A stretch of 64,000 nucleotides of DNA from Narcine bancroftii (Eukaryota), in assembly GCF_036971445.1 (NCBI RefSeq), contig NC_091480.1:89466001-89530000 (forward strand), read 5' to 3'. Positions 1-11,578 of the stretch are shown in pieces. Numbering within the stretch: position 1 is the first letter of the stretch; every line of letters begins with the position of its first letter. A program made the translations under genes and the position numbers. The notes below the pieces were generated by a model. The model was not told the origin of the DNA, made no database searches, and worked only from the letters and a program-made list of their open reading frames with translations.

Positions 1-308
1 ATAAGCCTGAATCCCATCAGTTAATCATTAATGTAAGACTTTCTTGTGCATAGATTGGATGTGACTGTTCTTTTGGTCAAATAGCTTGCTGGGGATAACG
101 AAGTGAAGAATAATTCTTGGTTTGAAGTATTGCCACCCAAATAAATGGGTTCTCTAGCTGGTAGAGGACACATTTCATTGCATTACTCAACCATGAAGTA
201 TTAAAATCTCAATCAACACGAACTCTTGGTTGGGAGCCACATGGCCAATATAATGCTTATGTGACATTTTCTTATTAGTTTCTAACCTTGTCACTCTTTG
301 GTTGAGAA

Positions 309-563
309 AATTTAGACATATAGCACAGTAGCAGGCCCTTTCGGCCCACGAGCCCGGGCCGCCCAATTACACCCAATTGACCTACAACCCAGCACGTTTT
401 TTTTTTAATGCTGGGATGAAACCTGAGTGGCTGGAGGAAACCTACGCGCACACCCAGGGAGAACGTACACACTCCTTACAGACAGTATGGGATTTGAACC
501 CCTGGTGCAATCGCTGGTGCTGTAATAGTATTGCACTAACCGATTTGCTAACCATGCTGCCCC
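309..563 (-). mobile_element. tRNA-derived V-SINE (HE1-like)
   Basis: The minus strand reads a tRNA-like head (gggcagcatggttagc...gggttcaaatccc), a V-domain-like core (ctgtctgtaaggagtgtgtacgttctccc...ggtttcctcc) and a CR1-like tail (gggccgaaagggcctgct...tgtctaaa). About 12 related copies occur in the window. Confidence 0.8.
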
Positions 564-3500
564 ACTAGTATGCTATGTAAAATCTGGCATGCTATGTAAA
601 ACATAGGCTCCATGTAGTGCTGAATATAAGAATTACATGACCTAAGCTGTTCAGTGAGGCCTGAGAAAGTGATGGACATATAGGTACAAAGTAGAAGGGA
701 TATATGAAACAGAGCCGGCATACATCTGGAATGAAGTAGTCAGACATAAAGGGAGAGAAGCAGTAGATAGGAGAAATGGGCCTTGTTCGCATGTGGCTGC
801 AATTGGCAAGGAAAAGCTCTCCAGGTCTGTAGTAATTATCATTCTATTTGCTGTTTCTTTAAATAGTTTTGATTGCCCTGACTAAAATAAATTGCAGAAC
901 AGAATTAACTCTACAATATGTACTGTGATTCTAAGTTTGAACTTTGACCTGACCAGAACCCAATACTCAACAAAAGTCTCCTTTCTGACGAGAAAAAGTT
1001 TCCATTCACAATTACCTTTTGCCAGAGAAACTGATATACAGAGTTACAACACTGTATTTTGAAATGATATCACTTTGTAGATGCAGGTATATAAATAATT
1101 ATAGTACACAGTGAAAGGCTTTGTTGTCTGACAGATTTAAAATACCCTGCAGATATAATAAGATCACCTTCCAATTTAATCAGATAATAATGATATGGTC
1201 GGAGACTTTCAGTTGGGATCTCCGCTGGGAAAGCAATTGCCTTTCTCAGATTGCTCGCAAACCAGTGTAATTGAATGAAGTAATATGGGAATTAATTGAG
1301 GCCTTTGAAATAATTTCCCGTAAATTAATTAACACACCTCCATTCACTAAGTGGAAATAACTTAAGGTCTAGAGTCAGACAGTTAAATTCCAATATTAAG
1401 ATATTTGTTGCATTTTAATGATGGAGAACGTGTGTTATTTCATTTTGTAAATGAATTTGAGAATGCAAGGAGTTAAAATACACCTATGTTGTTAAATTCC
1501 ATAAATCTATAATTATGTATATTGTTTACAAGGAACTAATAGCTCTTTATTAATGCTTTTGCAGTTTCTTGAAATAAGTGGTAATAAGAGCCTCCAGAAA
1601 ATATTACCACCATACAGTATATAATTGCTATGGCTTGTGGGATCAACATTTCCGATCTATTATTCATTGAAACTTTTCTACTTGTTGTCTTATGTCCATG
1701 TATGATCTATGTTTCCTTTCAGTTTAGACGTGCTGTCAGAGTTAGCCATATCCACGAGTCCTACCAGCAGCCGAGTATCACAACAAGCGACTGTGTATCA
1801 AAGAAGCAGATCTACCCACTTTCACCGACTGCACTCAATAGCCTGACCGAGAACCAATAAACTCGAGTTACTTATTAGAGATCTTGCTTTGGGTACAACT
1901 CTCAATGGGGAAGGTGTACGGTGGCCTGAAACACATCTAGATTCCAAGTTTATTTGCTTTTAGGAGATGATGACACTAGCAAGGCCACGTTTATTCCTCC
2001 ATCATCAATATCTGAGAAGTTCTGGCAAATTAAATATTATACTGTTAGCTTCTGAAACATTAGTAGAAAAATAAATCAATAAATTTGTATTGGCTTGGAA
2101 ATTTCATCACAGTCGAATTGTTTAATTGCACTGTATAAAACTGAATGAAAACAATGCTAAAGTAAATCAGGAACTTTCTCTTTGGATGGATAATTCTCTC
2201 CATTGATGCTGCCTGACCCTCCATCTCAATGCTTGTTCTGTATATTTGGCCTGATAATAAGCAAGTCCACACAAAGTATGCATACGTGTGCGGAAGTAGC
2301 CAGAAGTCACAGAAATATTGGTGAATCACAAAATGCGTGAACCAAGCAAGGAAAAAAAACAGCTTTCTTTATAAATATGGAAGTCTGCCTGGTCTAAAAA
2401 AATGTGACCTGTCTCAGAAAGCCCCCGTCTTTGTTGAATATCCATTTTCATGCACCTCATCTTTAACTTAAAATAAACATTCTGATTCCAAACTATCACT
2501 GGACACAACTCCATCACCCAGTCTGCTTTGTGAACCCAGTTCCCTACACTAAAAATGTAGGGCATTCCCACTAAAAGAATTTCAAACCTTAGGATTCAGA
2601 ACTTTCTTTTAGTCTTATACCAACACTTTACAGCCCTCTCTTCCAGAGCATTTTCGTGGTCCACAAAGCAAATCCCACACTCCGGCTGATTTCTGAGAAA
2701 TGTGTGGAAAGCCTGATTTACGGCTTCAGGAGATATCGTCAAAACATTTGCTTCATTAAATTGAGACAAATTGAGAACTGAGGTCATTTTACACCTCTCC
2801 AATTTTCCTGTAAAAGGCATTCTGTGACAAGAATTGATTGGTTGCCCTTTTAGTTCCTGTTACTGGTCATGTGATTTGGGACCAGACAAGTCATCAGCTT
2901 TCAAAGTCACCGTCTCATTACTATTTAAAAAAAAATTTGCATACGATTTTGGCTTGCTTAACCAAAAGAACAGTCATCATCCTTAAAAGAAATGACCAAA
3001 CCCATAAAAAAAATCAGTAACAATTTCATCTAAACAAAATGTTCACGAAGCTGGAACTCATAGGATGCAGATTAGAACCAGTGCTAGTGTTGCATGAACT
3101 TTCTGTGCCGAGTCTACACAGAGTTATATAATAGTAGCCTCAGATGCAACACAGAATAGCTCAGAGAATTATCTTAATTACTTGTGAACCATGGATCGAA
3201 ATTTAATCATATTCCAACATCTTCTGGTGCATCAATTATATGCATTTTGCAATACCTCAAAATTTGAGAGTGCTGTTTTTTGATAACTTTTATAAATATT
3301 TAATTAAAACAAAATAATTTAATTTTCCTGAGATTTATCTAAAAATTTTAATCTTGCAAAGGAGGCAGCAAGGGAATCTGATAGAACTATGATGGGTGTA
3401 GAGAGAAAAGGTAGCATTCTCTTTGGCAGAAGAGCCAAGAAACATGGGATACAGAAGGAAGATGATTAGCTAAAAATCCAAAACCAAGAGGCATTTATTT

Positions 3501-3769
3501 TTCTTCATAAAATTAGTGGTTAGACCTGGAATCCACCATCCAGAGTATAACATTCAAAAGGAAATGAATAGATTTAATTATAGCTATACGGATATGTAGA
3601 AGGGGCAGAGGTAGGGGACTAACTTCAGTAATCTTGCATAAAGAGACTATGGACCATGGGCCATTTTGTTTCTCTTTTTATTATAATCACTCTGAGGTTC
3701 CTTCTGCATGTGGTTGTGTAACTTCGTAGAACTTTGCTCTATATATATATACAGACATCACAAGATAAG

Positions 3770-4020
3770 ACAAAACATGAGGGGTTGAATTTAAGGGCAG
3801 AGAGATTCTCCTGCAATTGCACAGGGAGCTGGTGAGCCAATTCTTCGAGTACTGCCTGACTCATTACTTGAGAAAAGATACACTGGTTTTGGAGGCAGTG
3901 CAAAGGAGATTCATTAGATTAATTCCAGAAATATGATTGTTATCTTATGAAGAGAGTAGTCTGGAACTATACTCATTGGAGTTTAATCTTATAGAAATAT
4001 AGAAATATAAACCTATTAGA
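3770..4020 (+). mobile_element. degenerate CR1 LINE ORF2 3' fragment
   Basis: ttcgagtactgc...ttggaggcagtgcaaaggagattcattagattaattcc matches the CR1 LEY...LEAVQRRFTRLIP motif region. Confidence 0.55.
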
Positions 4021-4169
4021 GTAATGGAAGATTCCACAGTCCAAAGCGATCAACTTGGTAGGGGTGAGGTAGGGGTCCAACATTCTGCGGTCCATGCCAC
4101 AACCCTCCTATCTCAACCTCTTTGTATTGCTCCTGTGCTTCCTTTCATCAGTCCTGCTGAAGAGTTTCA

Positions 4170-4635
4170 AAGCTCGGGACATCGCGGAAAAGACCCTCCC
4201 CACCATCGAGAACATCTACAGGGAACATTGCCGTCGGAGAGCAGCAGCCATCACCAAGGATCCACACCAACCAGCACACATTCTGATTGCACTGATACCA
4301 TCAGGAAAGGGGCGTAGGCACCAGAAGACTAACACTACCAGGTTTATGAACAGCTGTTGCCCCTCTGCCAAGAGATTCCTCAACAACAAACTCAATCAGG
4401 GACTTGTTTATTAAGGACTCTTAAGTTTGCACATTATTGATTTTTTTTCTCTCTGAATTACACAGTCAGTTTGTTTATATTTCTTTATTTGTTTTTATGT
4501 GCACGTTGAGTACAGCTTTTTGTTTGCACTACCAATAAGTGGTCATTCTGCCTCACCCACAGGAAAAAGAATCTCAGGGTCGACTATATGATTTCATGTT
4601 TGCACTCTTGACGATAAATCTGAAAAGTGAAATCT
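4170..4635 (+). mobile_element. Rex1/Babar-type LINE 3' fragment
   Basis: ORF 4094..4414 contains LPTIENIY...KDPHQPAH...PSGK...TTRFMNS, the Rex-Babar C-terminus. The 3' UTR ends in aataaatctgaa-type repeats. Confidence 0.7.
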
Positions 4636-5587
4636 GAGTTTCGGCTCAAAACGTCAACCATTGCTTTTCTTTCACGGATGTTGTTTGATGATTGCGTTCC
4701 TCCAGCACATTGTGTTTGTTGGCCCCAGAATTAAATCCGTCAGTGGAGAGGCTGACTAATTCTTGCATCAGGATCTTATAACATTGAACTTGGAACCTTA
4801 ATAGTAAGGGAAATATTTCCTCACCATCAGATTGCTGGGTCATTTATAATTTTTACATTTCCAGATGCTTGCACTTCTGAACCCAATGGGAAATACGGAA
4901 GGGTAACACACCAAATCTTTCCCATTCAGACCGAGAGAGTGGAGTGCAGCCACCTGCCTGGAAATTCATCCCTGGCCAGCAATATTTTATGTTCTATGTT
5001 GTAATAATAATGTTACACTTTGCCTTAAAATTGATGACCGAGAATGCTTTCCTGGGCCCACACACGAACTGCAGATGCTTGAATCTTGAGAAAAGCAGAG
5101 TATCAATGGAGAGAAATCGTCAGTCAATGTTTCTGGTCAGGACTATTTTTCCAAGGCACTGGTCGCTGATATAAGCACAATTCCTTAGCCACCATTCTCA
5201 TCTTACCTAAATCTAAGGCTAAACTAGACTGTTAACAGAAGCTAAATTCAAGCTAAGTTTCTAGATCATATTTTCACTCAAGGTCTTTTGCATTCATTTC
5301 CATGATTTTGCTTGGTTCTACCCATGATGCTGTCAATATTACAGAGAAGTTGACTGAATCACCCCTCCCAAATTTCATAATTTTGAAAGTTGTCAGGTAT
5401 TTTGAAAATAATTAAAAGTCAATCAGTATTAAAAATGATCACATAATTTAAAATAGAAAGGCAATCTATTTGAAAGTCATTTAAGTAAAAAAAAATGATA
5501 TCACACAATGAGTTAAAAGAAATGAAATTACTCTTCTCACTTACAGCCATTCTTCTCAATTCAAATTTATGGACTCACCATTCTTGT

Positions 5588-5822
5588 TTTTAGACCTACA
5601 GCACGGTAACAGGCCCTTCTGGCCCACAAGCCCGTGCTGCCCAATTACACCCAATTGACCTACAGCCCTGGTACATTTTGATGGGTGGGAGGAAACCGGA
5701 GCATCCAGAGGAAACCCATGCAGACACGGGGAGAACGTACAAACTCTTTACAGTGCTAATTCAAACCCTGGATGCTGGCACTGTGACTGAGTTGTATTAA
5801 CCTCTACGCTAACCGTGCCACC
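5588..5822 (-). mobile_element. V-SINE (HE1-like)
   Basis: Same head, core and tail as 309-563. Confidence 0.8.
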
Positions 5823-6329
5823 CTTTTCTTGCATTTAGTTCCCCAAGTAAGTACCCGTCATCCTACTGCTTGTGTTACATGGACAAGTTTTCTTGACTCT
5901 TCCTCCTGAAGAGTGGGCCATGCAATTTTCCAGCTGGAACCTCTCTAAAATGTCTAAACAGGCACCATTTAATTTCCAGAGAACTTTGAAATGGGCTTTG
6001 ATCAGAATTAATCAGTTGCGAGAGAATTATAGAAGGAAATTCCATCTTCAATGCCTTTTCATGATCAATGTGGGAGTTTTGTCAAAATGCTCAAGAAATC
6101 TTGCAAAAGTTACCTTGCGTAAGTGTTGATTCATACACTCCTACTTGTTTGAGGCCATTACCCAGGTATCTCCCCGTGACCTTGTCCAGATATTCACTTC
6201 TTCAATCTCTCAAAAGGAAGAATGGGCAGTCATGTATCGTACTCACATGAGACTTGATTTAGAACATCAAACAATATATGGCCTTCATAAATCAAAGTAT
6301 GAGAAATTGGGATGTTACCCTCAAGTTGT

Positions 6330-6880
6330 ATGTCATTGTTGAGGCCAAATTTGAAGTATTTTGTGCAATTTTGGTCACCTAACTCCAGGAAAGATATCAA
6401 TAGGTTTGAAAGAGTGGAGAGAAGATTTATTAGGATGTTGCATGGACTTCAGGAACTGAGTTACTGGTAAAGGTTAAACAGGTTAGGACTTTATTCCCTG
6501 GAGCACAGAAGAATGGTGGGGGGAGATTTAATAAAGGTATTTAAGATTATGAGGGGATGGGTAGGTTTTTTTTATCACTAAGGGTAGGGGAGATACAAAC
6601 CAGAGGACATGGGTTAAGGGTGAAATGGGTAAAGATTAGGGGGAACATTACGGGGAACTTCGCAGAGAGTGGTGGGAGTAGAGAATGAGGTGCAAGCTGA
6701 AGTGGTGAATGCAGGCTCAATTTTAACATTTAAGAAAGATTTGCACAGGTACATGGATGGGAGAGGTATGGAGGACTATGTACTGGATGCAGATCAGTGG
6801 GACTTGGCAGAAAAATGGTTCGACATAAACTAGAAGGGCCAAAGGGTGTGTTTCTATGCTGTAATGTTTTATGGTTTAAT
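6330..6880 (+). mobile_element. CR1 LINE 3' fragment
   Basis: gaggccaaatttgaagtattttgtgcaattttggtcacc (RPxLEYxVQFWSP), aaccagaggacatgggttaagg (TRGH) and a CR1-type 3' tail. Confidence 0.75.
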
Positions 6881-6900
6881 ACTATCTCTCATCACTCTTT

Positions 6901-7645
6901 ACTCTTTGGCTTGGTTTCGCGGACGAAGATTTATGGAGGGGGTAAATGTCCACGTCAGCTGCAGGCTCGTTTATGGCTGACAAGTCCGATGTGGGACAGG
7001 CAGACACGGTTGCAGCGGTTGCAGGGGAAAATTGGTTGGTTGGAGTTGGATGTTGGGTTTTTCCTCCTTTGTCTTTTGTCAGTGAGGTGGGCTCTGCGGT
7101 CTTCTTCAAAGGAGGTTGCTGCCTGTCGAACTGTGAGGCGCCAAGATGCACGGTTTGAGGCGATATCAGCCCACTGGCGGTGGTCAATGTGGCAGGTACC
7201 AAGAGATTTCTTTAGGCAGTCCTTGTACCTCTTCTTTGGTGCACCTCTGTCACGGTGGCCAGTGGAGAGCTCGCCATATAACACGATCTTGGGAAGGCGA
7301 TTCTGGAGACGTGACCTACCCAGCGCAGTTGGATCTTCAACAGCGTGGATTCGATGCTGTCGGCCTCTGCCATCTCGAGTACTTTGATGTTAGGGATGAA
7401 GTCGCTCCAATGAATGTTGAGGATGGAGCGGAGACAACGCTGGTGGAAGTGTTCTAGGAGCCGAAGGAGATGCCGTTAGAGGACCCATGATTCGGAGCCG
7501 AACAGGAATGTGGGTATGACAACTGCTCTGTATACGCTTATCTTTGTGCGGTTTTTCAGTTGGTTGTTTTTCCAGACTCTTTTGTGTAGTCTTCCAAAGC
7601 CGCTATTTGCCTTGGCGAGTCTGTTGTCTATCTCGCATCAAATGA
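6901..7645 (-). mobile_element. RTE-clade LINE, 5'-truncated, young
   Basis: ORF 6955..7284 reads LYGELSTGHRDRGAPKKRYKDCLKKSL...CNRCNRVCLSHIGLVSH. The 3' end is cataaatcttcgtccgcgaaaccaagccaaaga. It is near-identical to five other copies. Confidence 0.9.
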
Positions 7646-8012
7646 ACCATATAATTTATGATCAGATTCTCTATAAATTATGAGCAAATTGTTGACATAT
7701 TTCTGTTCTCCCTGGAAGACTTGCATTCATACAGATCACATTTTCCTGATATAATCAAGTAGAATATAAAATAGAACTATGAACAGTTTTGAACAGATCC
7801 TGTGCAATAGGATGCAATATAGGACAGAAAAAGTGTTGCAAACAGTATTGAACTGATACCATTTGCCCAATCAAATCTGTTGACGATAATGTTCATGAAA
7901 ATGGAAGAGACAAAACTGCCAATTACTCTTTGTTGATGGAATCGACTTCCTAATTCTTCGGCTGAATTAAAGACTAATAACCCCAAACTCGAAAATTTCT
8001 TGGTGTGCACCA

Positions 8013-8289
8013 TGTTATGGGGAAAGAATAGTGGGGCAGCAATTAGAAAAGCTCAAAGTGAGAGGTCCTTGTAGGCAGCTGATGTTATTGGCTGTTCTAC
8101 TCCTGCTGTAATCGCACTGCAGCCTCCGTATGCTGGGGTACTGCGCATGTACGGGGTGTCTGGTTGGTTGGTAGGGAGCATACGGAAGGTTGTGGATGCA
8201 ATCTGCACACTCTCCCCCCTTCCCAGTGATGTAAATACATGTATCTTGTTCGGTAAAGCAGTTGTTGTGGTTCACTGCATCTACCGACT
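8013..8289 (+). mobile_element. possible degenerate LTR fragment cut by the RTE insertion
   Basis: Starts TGTT and has LTR-like U5 wording (gtaaagcagttgttgtggttcactgcatctaccgactc). No TSD could be confirmed. Confidence 0.25.
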
Positions 8290-8481
8290 CTCTTCTTCTT
8301 TGGCTTGGCTTCGCGGATGAAGATTTATGGAGGGGGTAAATGTCCACGTCAGCTGCAGGCTCGTTTGTGGCTGACAAGTCCGATGCGGGACAGGCAGACA
8401 CGGTTGCAGCGGTTGCAGGGGAAAATTGGTTGGTTGGGGTTGGGTGTTGGGTTTTTCCTCCTTTGTCTTTTGTCAGTGAGG
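8290..8481 (-). mobile_element. RTE LINE 3' tip
   Basis: LTDKRQRRKNPTPNPNQPIFPCNRCNRVCLSRIGLVSHKRACS followed by the gccaagccaaagaagaaga tail. Confidence 0.9.
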
Positions 8482-9129
8482 ACAATAATGAACATGATGT
8501 CAGAAGTCCTGTCCATCGTGGGTAGCTCAGAAATGGACATTGGTTGAGGAAATGCTGCTTTTCCAGGAGACGTTTAACACGTGACATGGAGAACTCAGCA
8601 AAAGAACCGGCCAATAAAGTTTTCTGTGGCAATCATCCCGTATTTATAGTCACTACTGGTCTCTATTAAAAATGGTATAAATAAATCTTATTTTCACTTG
8701 GCAGAGTACATTATTCACCAAGAGGTAAATCTTTTGAGGTCTTATAGATTTCAAAGTGTTGGAGACTACACATATTGCATTCAACTACTTTAGGACACTA
8801 CATTCAAATCATAAAATAATTTCCAACTGCGGGAGCTTCTGTTCTTTTAAGCGTATTTGTTTTCTGATCTAATCCTGAAGCTCTTGGCGGCCCGATACCT
8901 TAAGAGCATTCACATTGCTTTCATTTTATTACAGTCTGTTGTTCCCTCAATCTTTTAGAAATCTTATCTTTTTGGATTCAGAGGATCATCTCATCAGCCT
9001 GTCTCTCGTTCAAAGCCCAAGAGGAGAATATGCAAGCAACAAGAGGCATTTGAGCACTCACGTTAAAGAGATCATTGGGGCATTCTGAGTATTACTTACA
9101 ATTCTTGGACTGCTATGGCAATACATATC

Positions 9130-9325
9130 GGAATCAGAATTTACTGTCATGAACAAGTCAAGAAATTCAATGTTTTGTGGTAACATCATACTGCAAACAT
9201 TCATATTATAACCATCTTACAACTTAACTACATAAATAAAACAATAGTGCACAAAAAGTAAGGTAGTATCTTGGGTTCATTGATTATTTAGGAATCTGAT
9301 TGCAACAGGGAAGAAGCTGTCCCTG
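9130..9325 (-). mobile_element. Rex1/Babar LINE 3' end (left part of the host of the LTR insertion)
   Basis: gaatcagaatttactgtcat...aggaatctgattgcaacagggaagaagctgtccctg continues at 11830 as ccctgtgccactgagtgctc. An uninterrupted homolog lies at 59360-59655. Confidence 0.75.
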
Positions 9326-9577
9326 TGTGATAGTACATATCTATCACCAATGTACATAGTGTATATAGTAGTGTATATAGTTACTGTATCTAGACTGTGC
9401 TTATAGCGATTGGCTGAGAGCTAAGCCACACCCATTACCTGGGCCTTAAAGGGCTGTGTCCCTAGCCAGGTCGGATCATTCCGGACTGGTCGGCCACCTG
9501 TGAAGAGCTCCGGTCTTTTGCTAATAAAAGCCTTGGTTTGGATCAACAAGTCTTTGGTTCTTTCGACGAGCTCTACA
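9326..9577 (+). repeat. 5' LTR (252 bp)
   Basis: tgtgatagtac...gagctctaca, with AATAAA at 9523-9528 and an internal 12-bp tandem duplication (tagtgtatatag). Confidence 0.95.
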
Positions 9578-9612
9578 ATTTTATTAGCAAAAGAAAAATT
9601 TTTTTGAAAGGG

Positions 9613-10878
9613 ATGGAGCGTCTAATTAGGCCAGAAAAACTTGATATCGACCCACGGTCAGCTACAGCCTTCAAAGCCTTTAACTTCTGGCTGCTGAACT
9701 TTGAAAACTTCCTAAGGCTCATTGAGGTGGAGGAGGATAACCTGCGTCTAACAGCATTGCTGTCTATGGTGTCCTTGAGAGTCTACGAGAACATCCAGGA
9801 TGAGACCACTTACACCGCAGCCATAAAGGTACTGAAAGAAATGTATAACCAACCGGTGAACAGAGTTCATGCCCGGCTCGTGCTTGCATCGAGGAAGCAA
9901 CAGCCCGGTGAGTCCAGTAGGGCATATTTACAAGTATTGAAGGCATTGGGCAAGGACTGTAACTGTGTGGACAAAACTGCTGCCGAGATCACAAATGATC
10001 TCGTCCGGGATGCCTATGTGGCTGGGCTCAGATCAAATGAAGTGAGGCTGCGCTTGCTCGAACAAGGGGTAGAAAAACTAGAGGACGTGGCCCGGATTGC
10101 AATCACAATGGAGGATGCAGCCTTAAAGTCCACCGAGCTCTCTAGGGACTGGACCCCTCGCTCTGATGTGAGTAGAGTGCCCTTCTACCCTACCCCTGAC
10201 GGCCTGTCGGCTGCTGCTACCCTGCCCCGTGAGAACCCGAAATGTTATTTCTGCGGGAGGGACAAGCACAGCAGGTCCCAGTGCCCAGCAAGAAAAGCCA
10301 AGTGCCAGAAGTGCCTTAAAAACGGCCACTTTGCTGCAGTCTGTAGGTCTAAAATGGCCGCCGGCAAACACAGTGCCTCGTGTGAAGCTCAACCGCCACT
10401 ATCCCATTCAAACACTTCTTCCACAGAGCTCTCGTCCAATGAGAGCGAGGGCTCCCCTGCACGGCAACGCCTGACGTCACGGAGACGCCGAACCCGGAAG
10501 GGGCAGCCCACCCTCGCAACCATGGTGATGGCCCGCCTCTCGCCCCCGTGCGGGACACTCGACACTGCCGCCGCCACAGCCACCCGCGGGGCCGACGCTA
10601 CCGCCGCTGCTGCCGCCGCCACAGTCACCCCCGGGGCCGACGCTACCGCCGCTGCTGCCGCCGCCACAGCCAACCCCGGGGCCGACGCTACCGCCGCTGC
10701 TGCCGCCGCCACCGCCACCCCCGGGGCCGACGCTACCGCCGCTGCTGCCGCCGCCACCGCCACCCGCGGGGCCGACGCTACCGCCGCTGCTGCCGCCGCC
10801 ATCGCCACCCGCGAGTGCAGAGCTGCGACAGTACCTTCTGGAGTGTGGTATTGCTTCAAGCAGGACCACGAGCTATAA
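9613..10878 (+). CDS. gag: retrotransposon Gag-like protein, ending out of frame in the integrase remnant after the deletion junction
   Basis: ATG at 9613 (MERLIRPEKLDIDP), RKQQPGES motif and two CX2CX4HX4C knuckles (CYFCGRDKHSRSQC, CQKCLKNGHFAAVC). The ORF is uninterrupted. Confidence 0.85.
   Translation: MERLIRPEKLDIDPRSATAFKAFNFWLLNFENFLRLIEVEEDNLRLTALLSMVSLRVYENIQDETTYTAAIKVLKEMYNQPVNRVHARLVLASRKQQPGESSRAYLQVLKALGKDCNCVDKTAAEITNDLVRDAYVAGLRSNEVRLRLLEQGVEKLEDVARIAITMEDAALKSTELSRDWTPRSDVSRVPFYPTPDGLSAAATLPRENPKCYFCGRDKHSRSQCPARKAKCQKCLKNGHFAAVCRSKMAAGKHSASCEAQPPLSHSNTSSTELSSNESEGSPARQRLTSRRRRTRKGQPTLATMVMARLSPPCGTLDTAAATATRGADATAAAAAATVTPGADATAAAAAATANPGADATAAAAAATATPGADATAAAAAATATRGADATAAAAAAIATRECRAATVPSGVWYCFKQDHEL
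10576..10813 (+). repeat. GC-rich 45-bp minisatellite, 5 full units plus a partial unit, in frame with gag
   Basis: The unit acagccacccgcggggccgacgctaccgccgctgctgccgccgcc encodes TATRGADATAAAAAA. Confidence 0.95.
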
Positions 10879-11509
10879 CCCACGCGGTAATGGCCAGATC
10901 GAGAGGGAGAATGCCACTATATGGAGAGCGGTTACACTGGCTCTCCGGTCTAAAGGTCTCCCCACCTCTCACTGGCAGGAGGTTCTCAGTAGTGCCTTAC
11001 ACTCCATCCGCTCCCTCCTATGTACTGCAACAAATGCCACCCCCCACGAAAGGATGTTCCTTTTCCCGAGGAAATCCGAATCAGGAACCACTGTACCGGC
11101 ATGGCTCACCGTCCCTGGCCCCGTCCTTTTGCGACGCCACGTCCGGCACTCAAAGAACGACCCCTTGGTCGACCGGGTGACTCTACTCCACGCGAACCCA
11201 CATTACGCCTACGTTGGGTTCCCAGACGGGCGGGAGGACACTGTTTCGGTGCGGGACCTAGCTCAGGACGCGGGAGAACCAGCAAACACCCCAACCCAAC
11301 CTTCCCCAACTCTTTATTCTCCAGGCCCCGTGCCGCAGCAGAAGGACCAACCGCACCCGGGCCACCCTGCCGACAACACGACTGGGGAATTGAGCGACGG
11401 AGCAGTCGCACCCGACAAGCCCGCTGGCGACACCACTCCAGCGACCCCGATCCCGGCACCACGGCGGTCACACCGGATGGTCAGACCCCCTGACCGCTAC
11501 AGTCCTTGA
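10814..11509 (+). pseudogene. integrase C-terminal half (N-terminus deleted)
   Basis: The frame of ORF 11054..11509 extends upstream as SAELRQYLLECGIASSRTTSYNPRGNGQIERENATIW...ATNATPHER, including the catalytic E region. It continues PGPVLLRRHVR...GREDTVSVRDLA...RPPDRYSP. Confidence 0.88.
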
Positions 11510-11578
11510 CCTACCCCTTCCTTTCATTCTCTCCCTCGTTTTGTTTTTCCCAGGGTCAGTTCTCCAAGAAGGGGTGAA

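Noticed and set aside
309-563. tRNA genes
   Set aside because: The A/B-box-like sequences are SINE heads and no complete cloverleaf was seen.
2326-2820. Two adjacent minus-strand ORFs as a gene or viral insert
   Set aside because: They are short, have no recognisable domain and lack convincing splice signals.
6797-7457. Recurrent ORFs such as MSTSAAGSF..., MVPATLTTASG... and MHGLRRYQP...
   Set aside because: They are alternative or antisense frames of the same RTE 3' end and recur only because the element is multicopy.
8015-8632. 205-aa minus-strand ORF
   Set aside because: It is a chimera running through an RTE tip in a non-coding frame plus flanking DNA.
9538-9612. Upstream extension of the gag ORF in the ORF track
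   Set aside because: It starts at TTG inside the LTR. The plausible start is the ATG at 9613.
10576-10813. CRISPR-like or prokaryotic repeat array
   Set aside because: The units are contiguous with no unique spacers, there are no cas genes, and the context is vertebrate.
10389-10883. Antisense Ala-rich and Gly/Ser-rich ORFs
   Set aside because: They are mirror frames of the GC-rich repeat.
10548-11180. Protamine-like 210-aa ORF as a real gene
   Set aside because: It is an alternative frame of the gag minisatellite and integrase remnant and starts at GTG, with no independent gene structure.
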